Shown here: piece after piece, positions 10,560 to 20,168 of the stretch | Position numbering within the stretch: the stretch's first letter is position 1 | Layout of the letters: the number at the start of each line of letters is the position of its first letter | Assembly (NCBI GenBank): GCA_043809585.1 | Contig: JBDROZ010000096.1 | Location: forward strand, 1 to 39,367 | DNA: 39,367 bases | Reading direction: 5' to 3' | DNA from: Candidatus Eiseniibacteriota bacterium | Lineage (GTDB): Bacteria > Orphanbacterota > Orphanbacteria > Orphanbacterales > Orphanbacteraceae | Translations under genes and position numbers: made by a program | The notes under the pieces: model-generated | What the model was told of the DNA's origin: nothing | What the model saw: the letters and a program-made list of their open reading frames with translations, nothing else | Database searches by the model: none

Positions 10560-10752
10560 AGGCTGTTGGAGAGAGATGATTGGGATCAGGGTATCCTTCG
10601 ATTGTTCCCCGCAGAGACGGGCGTCTCGCAAAGAAATGCGTAGAGGTCCGAGAACAGTGGGGGGGGGATTTCGTGATGGGAGCGTTTCGAGCATTCGCGC
10701 GCAGGTGGTTTTCGAGAACTGCCCTCGTCCTGCCTGTCGTCGCTATTCTTAG

Positions 10753-12359
10753 CCCAGATCCACGGGTAAGGGCGATGTGACGCAGAAGAGAGCCCTCCGA
10801 AGGCTGGGCGCGGGTTGATATTCCTCGATTGAGGGGCACGGCGACCGTAACCAATGACCGGGCGAAGCCCGGAAGACCGGGGAGACGGCGATCAGGGCAG
10901 ACTTCTCCCTCGGTGCGACATGTTTTCGGATGCGAGGTTAGCGCGCGGCGTGAAGGATGGCCTGCGCGCGGGCGAAGCGTGCGGTGACATCCGGAGCCCG
11001 GGCGAGCGCCAAAGTCATCCGCCGAGCCGAGCGGATGATCCGAGCGGCAACGCAGAACCAGTGGAATCGGAGGGCTTTGATCTGGGCGGCGCGCTCCTTC
11101 CGCGGCAGAACGAGGATCTTGAAGGCTTGCACCAGATTGTAGGCGAGCTGGGCGATCGTGAGCCACGCCCAGTTGGCGAGGAACTTCTGGCTGGGGAGCT
11201 GCCGGGCCCCGAAGCCGTTCTTGAATTCCTCGATGTAGTTCTCGATCCCGCCACGGGCGAGGTGGTGCTTGAGGAGACTCGATCCGGCCCCGCAGCGGTT
11301 GGTCAGCACACAGGTGTAGAAGAACTCGCCGAGCACGCGCTGCTCTCCCCGGTAGAACGGTTGTCGCTTGACGAGCATCCGGTAGCTCCGCGGCCATCCG
11401 TGCGGTTGATACGAGAACTCGGTCCACTCGGTCTCTTCCTGCCAGGGGTAGGGACGCCAGGAATCTTCGGCACAGTCGCCGATCCGCCGCACCAGGGCGC
11501 TCGTCTGGTGCGCCGAGATCGAGAACTCGAGATCGTGCTTCTCCGCGTACCGAGCGATTTTCTGGTCGTAGAATCCCGCGTCGAGCCGAAGCCGGACTCG
11601 TGCGTCTTTCGGGAGCCGGCCCCGCGCTTCCGAGAGAAAGCTCAGCACCCCGTCGGCGGTGTGCCGGTTGCCCGATCGAAGCCGCGTCCCCACCAAGAGC
11701 CGTTCTTCCGCCCAGAAAGCCAACAGCGGATGAAAGCCCTTCTTCCCCTCGTACCCGTAGCGAACCCCTTCCTTCAGATACCCGTGCACCTCGAAGAGGG
11801 AACTGTCCACATCGAGCGTGATCGGCCCGGCGAGACCCGCACGTTCCACCAGCCGCTGAAGCCCTCGGGCATTCACCGACTCGGGCTGGCGGATATGCCC
11901 CAAGGAAAAGGTCCGGAGTCGCTCGCCCGCCGTCGTCGGCGCCGGTGTCTCCAGGTCGTAGAGCAAGCCCCGGGTCCCCGGCTCCCCGCGAAGGACCGCC
12001 AGGTCCGAAAGAGACGATCCTCCCGCGATCAGGGTCTGCGCAATGCTCAAAACGAAATCCGACATCGGGATTCCCCGACGACGCTTCTTCACGCGGACCC
12101 GCTCCTCCAGATCGCGCACGATCCCCAATCGGTGGGCCATGTCGGTCAGCAGCTTCAGGCCGGCAAAGGAGGTCAGCTTGTCGTTCGAAGAAATATACTG
12201 GACTTTCCGGGGACGGCGTGCGATCTTCACCTGGTAAGTGCTCCTGTCTGGGGGATTCGGTTGCTGTTTCAACTTCCGTTCTACCAGATTCGGAGCACTT
12301 CTTCACGTCATATCCGCTTTCTGCCCAACAATTCACGGGCCCTTACCCGTGGATCTGGG
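10753..12359 (-). mobile_element. IS1380-family insertion sequence
   Basis: Perfect 21-bp TIR cccagatccacgggtaagggc. 5-bp TSD cttag at 10748-10752 and 12360-12364. Confidence 0.93.
10938..12272 (-). CDS. IS1380-family DDE transposase
   Basis: LTSFAGL, ITLDVDSS, GFHPLLAF, LRSGN, RLDAGFY, RGGIENYIEEFK, FLANWAWL. Confidence 0.93.
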   Translation of the reverse strand: MKQQPNPPDRSTYQVKIARRPRKVQYISSNDKLTSFAGLKLLTDMAHRLGIVRDLEERVRVKKRRRGIPMSDFVLSIAQTLIAGGSSLSDLAVLRGEPGTRGLLYDLETPAPTTAGERLRTFSLGHIRQPESVNARGLQRLVERAGLAGPITLDVDSSLFEVHGYLKEGVRYGYEGKKGFHPLLAFWAEERLLVGTRLRSGNRHTADGVLSFLSEARGRLPKDARVRLRLDAGFYDQKIARYAEKHDLEFSISAHQTSALVRRIGDCAEDSWRPYPWQEETEWTEFSYQPHGWPRSYRMLVKRQPFYRGEQRVLGEFFYTCVLTNRCGAGSSLLKHHLARGGIENYIEEFKNGFGARQLPSQKFLANWAWLTIAQLAYNLVQAFKILVLPRKERAAQIKALRFHWFCVAARIIRSARRMTLALARAPDVTARFARAQAILHAAR

Positions 12360-13468
12360 CTTAGCACCCTTTGTTGTAGCGAGAAGAATCCGGAGGAGCC
12401 CGGGAATGGGGAGGCGCACCAGTGGAATCCTCTCGGGGCGGGAACCAACGGACTTATCAATGCGATCACGATCTTCGAGGGGGGCCTCATCGCAGGGGGG
12501 AACTTCACCCAGGCGGGCGGGGTGGCGGCAAACTACATCGCGCGCTGGAACGGAACCTCCTGGAGCCCCCTCGGGTCGGGATTGAACCGTGAAGTCAAGG
12601 CCCTCACTGTCTTCGATGGCAGCCTCATCGCAGGAGGGAGTTTCACCCAGGCGGGCGGGATCACGGCAGACCTCATCGCCCGTTGGGACGGAACCTCCTG
12701 GAGTCCTCTCGGCACGGGATGGGACAACGGCTATGTCAGCGCGTTGGCTGTGTTCGATGGGAGCCTCTTCGCGGCCGGGCTAATAGATACCTTGGAGGAC
12801 CCCGAGTATGACTCGTTCGAGTGCATCGCCTGTTGGAACGGAACGTCGTGGAACTCCCTAGGGGAAGGAGTTGATGATGAGGTTCTCGCCCTCACTGTCT
12901 TCGATGGCAGTCTCATTGCAGGAGGAGCGTTCACCCGAGCAGGCGGGGTCTGGGCGAATTACGTCGCCCGCTGGGATGGAATGTCCTGGAACCCGCTCGG
13001 GGCGGGAATGAGCAATGATGTCTTCGCTCTCACGGTGTTCGAGGGCAGCCTCATCGCAGGAGCGGGGTTCACTTTGCGGGATGGGAACATAACGTCCAAC
13101 GTCGCCAGCTGGGACGGAACCTCCTGGAACCCCCTTGCGGCAGGAACGAGCGGTCACGTTCACGCCCTCACAATATTTGATGGAAACATCGTCGCCGGAG
13201 GAGAGTTCACTCGGGCGAGCGGGGTCTCGGCAAACCACATCGCCCGCTGGGACGGAGCCTCGTGGAGGTTCCTCGAGACAGGTACGAACGGCACCGTCCA
13301 GACACTCACGGTCTTCGATAGGAGCCTTGTCGTTGGGGGAAGTTTCACCTTTGCGGGCGGGATGGTGGTGAACAACATAGCCCGGTGGCGATAGGAGCTC
13401 TGTTCCTGGGCAAGAACCCTGAGGGGTTCGCAGGGATCGTTCCTACGGGAGAGGCGGAGGAGTGCCTG

Positions 13469-14734
13469 ATGAAATCCCTTCGAACGGTGCTGCTCGTGAG
13501 CATCTCAAGAATTCTTATGATGCCGGCCGTCATCGTTGTTTTGGCCACCCTGTCATGCGATGACAAGAGTCCCGAAGAACCTGCGGGTGGTGAACCTCCG
13601 CAGGCCTGCTTCACCGTGGCCCCGGGGTCAGGGACGACGGACACAGATTTTCAATTCGATGCCTCCTGCTCCACGGACAAGGAGGATCCCGTCTCCATTA
13701 TCCAGGTCCGTTGGGACTGGGAGAACGATGGGACGTGGGACACCCAGTGGGTGACGACGAAGAGCGCGTCCCACCGCTACGGCACGACCGGAACCAGGAC
13801 CGCCCGCCTCGTTGTGAAGGACGCAGGGGACCTCGTAGACGATACTACGGTGACGGTGCAGGTGGAGGAACAGCCTACCCCGCCGCCCGGCGACATGGTC
13901 TTGGTTTCTGCCGGTAGCTTCACGATGGGGAGCGACCCGGGGGAGGGAAACCTGGACGAGGAGCCCGAGCACCACCCGTACATCAGCGTCTACTACATTG
14001 ACCTCTACGAAGTGACGAACACCATGTATGCTGATGCCCTCAACTGGGCAATTGCGCGTGACAAAGCGTTCTGGAACGGATCCGATGCCGTCCGCTCTTC
14101 GACCGACGAGACGATCTACTTGGAGGTCTCCTGGCAGAATTGCCGGATCGACATCGACCCCCTCGGATCGGTCTTCGTCGTGCATTCCACTTACGAGAAG
14201 CAACCGGTCAAAGTCTCGTGGTATGGGGCGGTGGCGTACTGCAATTGGAGGAGCGAGCGGGAGGGGCGATCGCTCTGCTACAATACGAGCACGTGGGAAT
14301 GCGATTTCGATGCCAACGGTTATCGCCTCCCGACGGAGGCGGAGTGGTAAAAGGCGGCGAGGGGCTCCTCGGGCGAGAGGACCTACCCGTGGGGGGATGA
14401 AGCGCCAGACTGCGAGATCGTGAACGCATACATCGACACGTGGTGTGTTTCGGGAGAGACTCCCGTTGGCTCGTATCCAACAGGGCGGTCTCCATATGGC
14501 CTCTACGACATGGCGGGCAATGTCTGGGAGTGGTGCAACGACTGGTACGATTACATGTACTACAGCTCTTCCCCGAGCATAGATCCTCGGGGTCCATCGA
14601 CTGGGACCGCCCGGGTGTGGCGCGGCGGCTCACATAGGGACGGAGAGAAGCATCTCCGGTGCTCCTATCGATATAGCGTCCTCGACCCGTCCGCCGCCCG
14701 TGACGTTGGGTTTAGGTGTGCACGTGACCAGTGA
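13469..14734 (+). pseudogene. PKD + FGE-sulfatase (SUMF1/CLec-fold) lipoprotein with internal nonsense codon
   Basis: LSC lipobox, PKD domain, RLPTEAEW-TAA-KAARG (TAA at 14348 where the paralog has Glu), continuing in frame to GLYDMAGNVWEW...VGFRC. Confidence 0.88.
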
Positions 14735-15085
14735 TTGCGCATGGCTCAAGCATTCCATGTTATGGTTTCCAAGCCGGGAGAGCCGGGGCGCAGTTCCCCG
14801 GTCGGTGCAGTCAGGCATGTTGGATGAGGACGGGGGCAGCAACTCATTCCTCGCTCATGTCTCACGACGACAGGTGCCTGGGCGAAGGGTACTGTCGTAC
14901 TGGGGCATCGCGTCCCGTAGACACGACAGGGAGGATCTTTCGAGGATTGGTTCGTGTCCCCCCGTTACATTGGAACGGACGAGCAGGGAAACTGCTTATA
15001 GACGGACTCGCACGGGGAGTGATACCATGAAAGCGCGCAGAATCGTTCGCTTGCCGTCAGCGACAAGACATAGGGAGGTCTGATC

Positions 15086-16036
15086 ATGTCCCTCTTCAGC
15101 ATGCCTCTCAAGCACTCTGTGCTGCTCCTTCTCGCTCTAACTCTAATCTCTCTCTTCGCAACTTCTGTCATTGCCGCCGATCCGTGCAAGATCCTTACCG
15201 TCTCGGAAAGCTACGCCAAGATAGACTGTGGGCTTCTAGACAGCATTCACGAGGGGGACACGATCTCGGTCAAGAGAATCTCCGACGCGGAACTCGTCCA
15301 GATTGCCAGGGCAGTGGTCGTCGGAACCCGCGATGCAACTGCGGCCATCAAGATCCTATCGTTGGAGCCAGGCGCACAGTCGGTTGTCCCGGGAGACTTC
15401 GCTTTCCCGGTGGCGAAAAGGGGCGCGGGGGTTGAGAAAGATATCGTTGACTCGCTGCTCGACGACGAGCCGAACTCGAGTCCACCCGAAGTCCCGCTGC
15501 CTCCGAGTCCTCCGCCAACAGAGCCTATCCACTCACCTCCTCCACGCCACCCCACTCGTTTTGCCATGGGGGGGCAGGTGGGCCTGATGAAGAGCCCCGG
15601 CGAGGATGGGACGCCGTTCGCGATGGAGAGCCTCTTCGGCTTGGTCACTCAAACCGGGTTCCTCGGCTTTGGAGTGGGGTACCAGATCTGGCCCAACGGA
15701 AGCATGTCGCCCATCTACCTTCACAACCGGCTGACTTTTGGCGGGAGTGCAAAGGTTCGGCCCTTCATCGGAAGCGACTTGGGGTATTCGTTTGGCACGA
15801 TAAAGGGCGTCTCCGGAAACAACGGCGGGTACATGTTAGGGGGAAGTCTCGGGTTCTCCGTGCCTTTCACGGGAGGATCCTGGTTTCTTGGCGCCGGGTA
15901 CCGCCGTCAAAGCGCAAAGGAGATTCACAGCACACAGGAGTACGACTATTGGCTCGGCGGCTACTACCTGACCGAGGAGAAGGTGTCCGTGACATATGAT
16001 CTAGTATTCGTATACAGCGGGTTCGTGTTCCCATGA
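15086..16036 (+). CDS. Putative outer-membrane beta-barrel protein with N-terminal domain and Pro-rich linker
   Basis: GGAGG RBS, signal peptide, PPEVPLPPSPPP linker, amphipathic strands, aromatic C-terminus. Confidence 0.7.
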   Translation: MSLFSMPLKHSVLLLLALTLISLFATSVIAADPCKILTVSESYAKIDCGLLDSIHEGDTISVKRISDAELVQIARAVVVGTRDATAAIKILSLEPGAQSVVPGDFAFPVAKRGAGVEKDIVDSLLDDEPNSSPPEVPLPPSPPPTEPIHSPPPRHPTRFAMGGQVGLMKSPGEDGTPFAMESLFGLVTQTGFLGFGVGYQIWPNGSMSPIYLHNRLTFGGSAKVRPFIGSDLGYSFGTIKGVSGNNGGYMLGGSLGFSVPFTGGSWFLGAGYRRQSAKEIHSTQEYDYWLGGYYLTEEKVSVTYDLVFVYSGFVFP

Positions 16037-16064
16037 GGGGTCTCTTCAAGACCGAGGGTCGTCA

Positions 16065-18209
16065 ATGAAAAGAGAGCCGCTCGTGTACCGAATGATAGAC
16101 GTTTGTCGAACTTCCTGGAAGAAACAGACGAGCTACACGCTAGGGCTCCTGGTGGCTGTGGGCGTCCTTCTTTCCTTGTCCTGTGGTGATGAGAGTCCGG
16201 ATGGACCTGCGGACGATCAACCGCCAAGGGCCTGCTTTTCCGTCGCGCCGTTGTCTGGGTCGACAACAACCGACTTTCAGCTCGATGCCTCCTGCTCTTC
16301 TGACAACCAGGACCCTGTCACTGCCATCCAGGTTCGCTGGGACTGGGAGAACGACGGAACGTGGGACACCCAGTGGTCCAGCACGAAGACCGCGACCCAT
16401 CGGTATGGAACTACGGGTACAAAGACGATCCACCTGGTAACGAAGGATACCGCAGGGCTAGTAGACGACACGACCCATACCGTGACTGTCTCAAGCAGCA
16501 ACACAGTCCCGACGGCGTCGTTAACGGTGGTCCCCTTGTCGGGTACGACGGAGACGGACTTTCAGTTCGATGCGTCGGCCTCATCGGATTCGGAGGATCC
16601 GGTGGAAACTCTCCAGGTCCGGTGGGACTGGGAGAACGATGGAACGTGGGACACACCGTATGCGCTCACGAAGACGGCGACGCATCGCTTTTCGACAACC
16701 GGAACAAAGGTAATCAATCTGGAGGTGAAGGACACCGGCGGGCTGGTGGATGACACGACTCAGACGGTGACGGTTTCTGCAGTGAACACAGCCCCAGCCG
16801 CTTTGTTCACGGTGGACCCGCTGTCGGGGACGACGGAGACAGACTTTCAGTTCGACGCGTCGGGTTCGTCGGACGGGGAGGATCCGGTGGAAGCTCTCCA
16901 GGTCCGGTGGGACTGGGAGAATGATGGAACCTGGGACACGCCCTATGCGGTGACGAAGACGGCGATGCATCGCTACTCAACCACGGGCACGAAGGTGATC
17001 AAGCAGGAAGTGAAGGATACGGGAGGCTTGGTAGATGACACCACACGAACGGTGACGGTCTCTCCGGGGAACACCTCTCCGACTGCCTCGTTCACGGTTG
17101 ACCCCCTGTCAGGCACGACGGAGACGGACTTTCAGTTCGACGCGTCGGGTTCGTCGGATGGCGAGGATCCGGTGGAGGCTCTTCAGGTCCGGTGGGATTG
17201 GGAGAACGATGGAACGTGGGACACGCCATATGCGATCACGAAGACGGCGACGCATCGCTACGTAACGACCGGCACGAAGGTGATTAAGCTGGAGGTCAAG
17301 GACACTGGAGGACTGGTAGGTGACACGACGCGGAGCATCACCGTGCAGCAGCCAGTTCCGATGGTTCTCATTCCCGCGGGCCCCTTCACCATGGGGAGCG
17401 ATCCGGGGGAGGGTTATTCCGATGAGGAACCGGAGCACACTCCCTACACCAGCGCCTTCTACATCGACGCGTACGAGGTGACGAACGCGGAGTACGCCGA
17501 GGCACTCAACTGGGCGATCGCAAACGGCCGGGCGTACTGGAACGGGTCGGAGGTCGTCCGTTCGTCGAATGACGGGACCCTCTATCTGAATGTTTCCAGG
17601 TTCTACTCCCGGATCGACCGGTCGGGGTCGGTTTTCGTGGTCGAGTCCAACTACGACGACCACCCGGTGGTCGAGGTCTCCTGGTACGGGTCGGCGGCGT
17701 ACTGTAACTGGCGGAGCGAGCGGGAGGAGCGGACCCCCTGCTACAATACGAGCACTTGGGAGTGCGACTTCGGCGCGAACGGCTATCGGCTTCCGACGGA
17801 GGCGGAGTGGGAGAAGGGGGCTCGCGGGTCCTCGGGCGAGAGAACCTACCCGTGGGGAGAGGAGGCGCCCGACTGCTCCCGGGTGAATGCGTGGCTTATC
17901 TCAGGAGCTTGTGTCGACGGGACGAAGCCCGTTGGCTCGTATCCAACAGGGCGGTCTCCATATGGCCTCTACGACATGGCGGGCAATGTCTGGGAGTGGT
18001 GCAACGACTGGTACGCCTCAGGCTACTACAGCGATCCCCCCCCGCCCACCGATCCTCGGGGTCCATCGACGGGGAGCGATCGGGTGCTTCGCGGGGGCTC
18101 GTGGTCCTACTACATCCTCGCGTACGGCCTGCGCTGCGCCTACCGGGTCTACGGCGAACCGTTGGGCTCGTTCTACGACATCGGGTTCCGGTCGGTCCGT
18201 CGTCCTTGA
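16065..18209 (+). CDS. Lipoprotein with 4 PKD domains and C-terminal FGE-sulfatase/CLec domain
   Basis: LSC lipobox, four FxFDASxSSD...RWDWENDGTWDT repeats, YEVTNAEY, RLPTEAEWEK, YGLYDMAGNVWEW, RGGSW...IGFR. Confidence 0.92.
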   Translation: MKREPLVYRMIDVCRTSWKKQTSYTLGLLVAVGVLLSLSCGDESPDGPADDQPPRACFSVAPLSGSTTTDFQLDASCSSDNQDPVTAIQVRWDWENDGTWDTQWSSTKTATHRYGTTGTKTIHLVTKDTAGLVDDTTHTVTVSSSNTVPTASLTVVPLSGTTETDFQFDASASSDSEDPVETLQVRWDWENDGTWDTPYALTKTATHRFSTTGTKVINLEVKDTGGLVDDTTQTVTVSAVNTAPAALFTVDPLSGTTETDFQFDASGSSDGEDPVEALQVRWDWENDGTWDTPYAVTKTAMHRYSTTGTKVIKQEVKDTGGLVDDTTRTVTVSPGNTSPTASFTVDPLSGTTETDFQFDASGSSDGEDPVEALQVRWDWENDGTWDTPYAITKTATHRYVTTGTKVIKLEVKDTGGLVGDTTRSITVQQPVPMVLIPAGPFTMGSDPGEGYSDEEPEHTPYTSAFYIDAYEVTNAEYAEALNWAIANGRAYWNGSEVVRSSNDGTLYLNVSRFYSRIDRSGSVFVVESNYDDHPVVEVSWYGSAAYCNWRSEREERTPCYNTSTWECDFGANGYRLPTEAEWEKGARGSSGERTYPWGEEAPDCSRVNAWLISGACVDGTKPVGSYPTGRSPYGLYDMAGNVWEWCNDWYASGYYSDPPPPTDPRGPSTGSDRVLRGGSWSYYILAYGLRCAYRVYGEPLGSFYDIGFRSVRRP

Positions 18210-18325
18210 GCTTTGCTGATTCTTCCGAAGGACTACGTTGCTAGCTTGTCATACTCCAGGGCGGAAGCGGAACATCGAAGGCACTTTAGGTCGGCGATTG
18301 GAGGCTGATGGATGATGTCGACTGC

Positions 18326-19381
18326 TTATCCCCGATGGACGTCTCCTGCCCCAGAAACCTGATCTCGATCTTGCCGCTCTAGTTTGGGCGAAACGGTGGG
18401 TTCGGTGGTTTGCCGAGTCTCGTTATCTGCGAAGTCGGGATCAACCACCTCAAACAGTGTCTTTCTTGATTCGGAACAGGGAACACGCCCAAACATGCGA
18501 ATTGCGGACTTGAGCGCCACCTGGGTCGCAACGCGTGATGCCCCGGCAATTCCCAAGGCCGCGACATCGACAAGTCCTTCGAGGATTAGCGGGATGCCCC
18601 CGACGTCTCCCAGGTGCACCCTCAGTCGGCATAGCCGAGCCAGGAGAAATCCGAATATCGTACTGGCAAGGATAATCGATTCCACAGGCTGAAACCCGAG
18701 GTAGAGAGCCAATCCCAGAATCAGGACACCGAGAGTTCTGGGGTCAAGAAGCATAGAATGGACGAGAAGGAGAGCCAAAGGAATCTGCCAGAAAAGGTCG
18801 TATGGATTAGTCCCCCAATTTGTAAACCAGATCGGGTAGTGAACCGCGCCCAGGATCCACATCGCGTTGAGGCCCATCAGGAGAACAACATATGCGGGGA
18901 AGAGTGCGACTATGATGGTAAGGAAACCATCTAGTAGAAATAGAAGGCTCATCACAAGAAACCATCTGCTACGTCTTTTCATGAGAAGCGCTTTATCCAG
19001 TCGCTCCACTCGGGTGCCAACGCGAAGCACCTGGCCGTCAACGAAGATACACAAGCGACCCATCGTTTTGAGGAATCGCGATCGGTGAGCGCGCGAACCA
19101 GGGTGAGAGTACCAAAGAGTCACGCGGATAGGGATCCAAGCGATCAGTTGTATCCACCCGATGAGCCATGTTGAAAGGAAGTAGAGGACGAGGATGGCGG
19201 ACACGGGAAAGACGGCACCCACCGTGAGGACCATGGCAACGTAGAGGAGGAGTGACATTATGCAGGAAAGCCATAAGAACTTCGGTCGCTTTCGGACGAG
19301 GAGAAAGACGACGAGACAGAAAGCAGCGATGAAGACCGTGATGGAAACTGCGAGTATGAGCCTGTGATTGTCCCAATCCAT
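18326..19381 (-). CDS. Hypothetical multi-pass membrane protein
   Basis: Several hydrophobic helices; noticeably AT-richer DNA than the flanks. Confidence 0.7.
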   Translation of the reverse strand: MDWDNHRLILAVSITVFIAAFCLVVFLLVRKRPKFLWLSCIMSLLLYVAMVLTVGAVFPVSAILVLYFLSTWLIGWIQLIAWIPIRVTLWYSHPGSRAHRSRFLKTMGRLCIFVDGQVLRVGTRVERLDKALLMKRRSRWFLVMSLLFLLDGFLTIIVALFPAYVVLLMGLNAMWILGAVHYPIWFTNWGTNPYDLFWQIPLALLLVHSMLLDPRTLGVLILGLALYLGFQPVESIILASTIFGFLLARLCRLRVHLGDVGGIPLILEGLVDVAALGIAGASRVATQVALKSAIRMFGRVPCSESRKTLFEVVDPDFADNETRQTTEPTVSPKLERQDRDQVSGAGDVHRG

Positions 19382-19559
19382 TAGGCAACCAAGATCGAGC
19401 TAGGGTTTCCTCCATATTAACAGGAATCAGTGAGATCAGGAGGCCCAATGTAACCGGTCAATAAACGGCGGATTCCCTTCGAACCTCGCATGAGCTACAA
19501 GTGGCGGAGGCGCCATGGAGGCGTCGTTCGGACCGTGTAGTCTTTTTGTGGAGGTTGCG

Positions 19560-19829
19560 ATGAAGGTGATGTCGAACGGGAAGGTCCGCCGTAGCGAGGG
19601 GGAGTGGCGGGAGGTGTTTGCGCGACAGGAGGAGAGCGGGCTGAGCGTCCGGGAATTCTGTCGGAAAGAAGAGATCGGGTTCGAGAGTTTCCGGCGCTGG
19701 CGGGAGAAGCTTGCGGAGTCGGGGTCGGGCAGCGTGTTTGTTCCGGTATCGACGGAGTCGCCCCTTCGCTCCTCCTGGACGTTGGAGATCACCCTTCCGG
19801 GCGGCGGTCACCTACGGCTGCAGGGTTGA
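19560..19829 (+). CDS. tnpA: IS66 accessory protein TnpA
   Basis: WREVFARQEESGLSVREFCRKEEI...FRRWR, FVPV, LEITLPGGGHLRL. Confidence 0.85.
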   Translation: MKVMSNGKVRRSEGEWREVFARQEESGLSVREFCRKEEIGFESFRRWREKLAESGSGSVFVPVSTESPLRSSWTLEITLPGGGHLRLQG

Positions 19830-19832
19830 GCG

Positions 19833-20159
19833 GTGTTTTTCGCGCGGGAGGTCCGGAGGATCCTGGCGTACCGTCACCCTGTGGATATGCGGAAGCAGTT
19901 TGACGGTCTGGTGTCTTTGGTCCGCAACGAGCTGGGGGAGGATCCCCTTTCGGGTAGTCTGTACGTATTCATCAACCGGCGGGGGAACTACGTGAAGCTG
20001 GTGTACTGGGACCGGACCGGTTTTTGCTTGTTTGCGAAGCGATTGGAACGCGGCCGGTTTTCGTTGCCCGGTAGTGCCGAGACATTCGAACTGAGTGAAC
20101 AGGCATTTCGTTTGCTTTTAGACGGGATTTTGCTTGGAGCGAGCCGGCGATTATTGTAA
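19833..20159 (+). CDS. tnpB: IS66 accessory protein TnpB
   Basis: PVDMRKQFDGL, LYVFINRR, KLVYWDRTGFCLFAKRLERGRF. Confidence 0.93.
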   Translation: MFFAREVRRILAYRHPVDMRKQFDGLVSLVRNELGEDPLSGSLYVFINRRGNYVKLVYWDRTGFCLFAKRLERGRFSLPGSAETFELSEQAFRLLLDGILLGASRRLL

Positions 20160-20168
20160 GATTCCGGC

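Larger units (their letters stand above)
10676..13394 (+). pseudogene. Beta-propeller repeat lipoprotein interrupted by IS1380 in its signal peptide
   Basis: Removing 10753-12364 restores MGAFRAF...VVAILSTLCCSEKNPEEP in frame, followed by about 7 repeats of WxPLGxGxNxxVxALTVFDGxLIAGGxFTxAGG. Confidence 0.88.

Noticed and set aside
10426-12336. 636-aa minus-strand ORF
   Set aside because: Alternative frame of the IS1380 transposase with Arg/Pro-rich, non-protein-like composition.
10854-13394. 846-aa plus-strand ORF
   Set aside because: It is the antisense of the IS1380 transposase read through into the interrupted lipoprotein; only the part after 12360 is real.
14600-14734. First FGE tail as the DGR template repeat
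   Set aside because: Not AAC-rich, and differences from the second tail are not adenine-specific.
16220-17345. Tandem ~285-bp repeats (and the repeats at 12420-13390) as a CRISPR array
   Set aside because: In-frame coding PKD and propeller repeats with no unique spacers and no cas genes.
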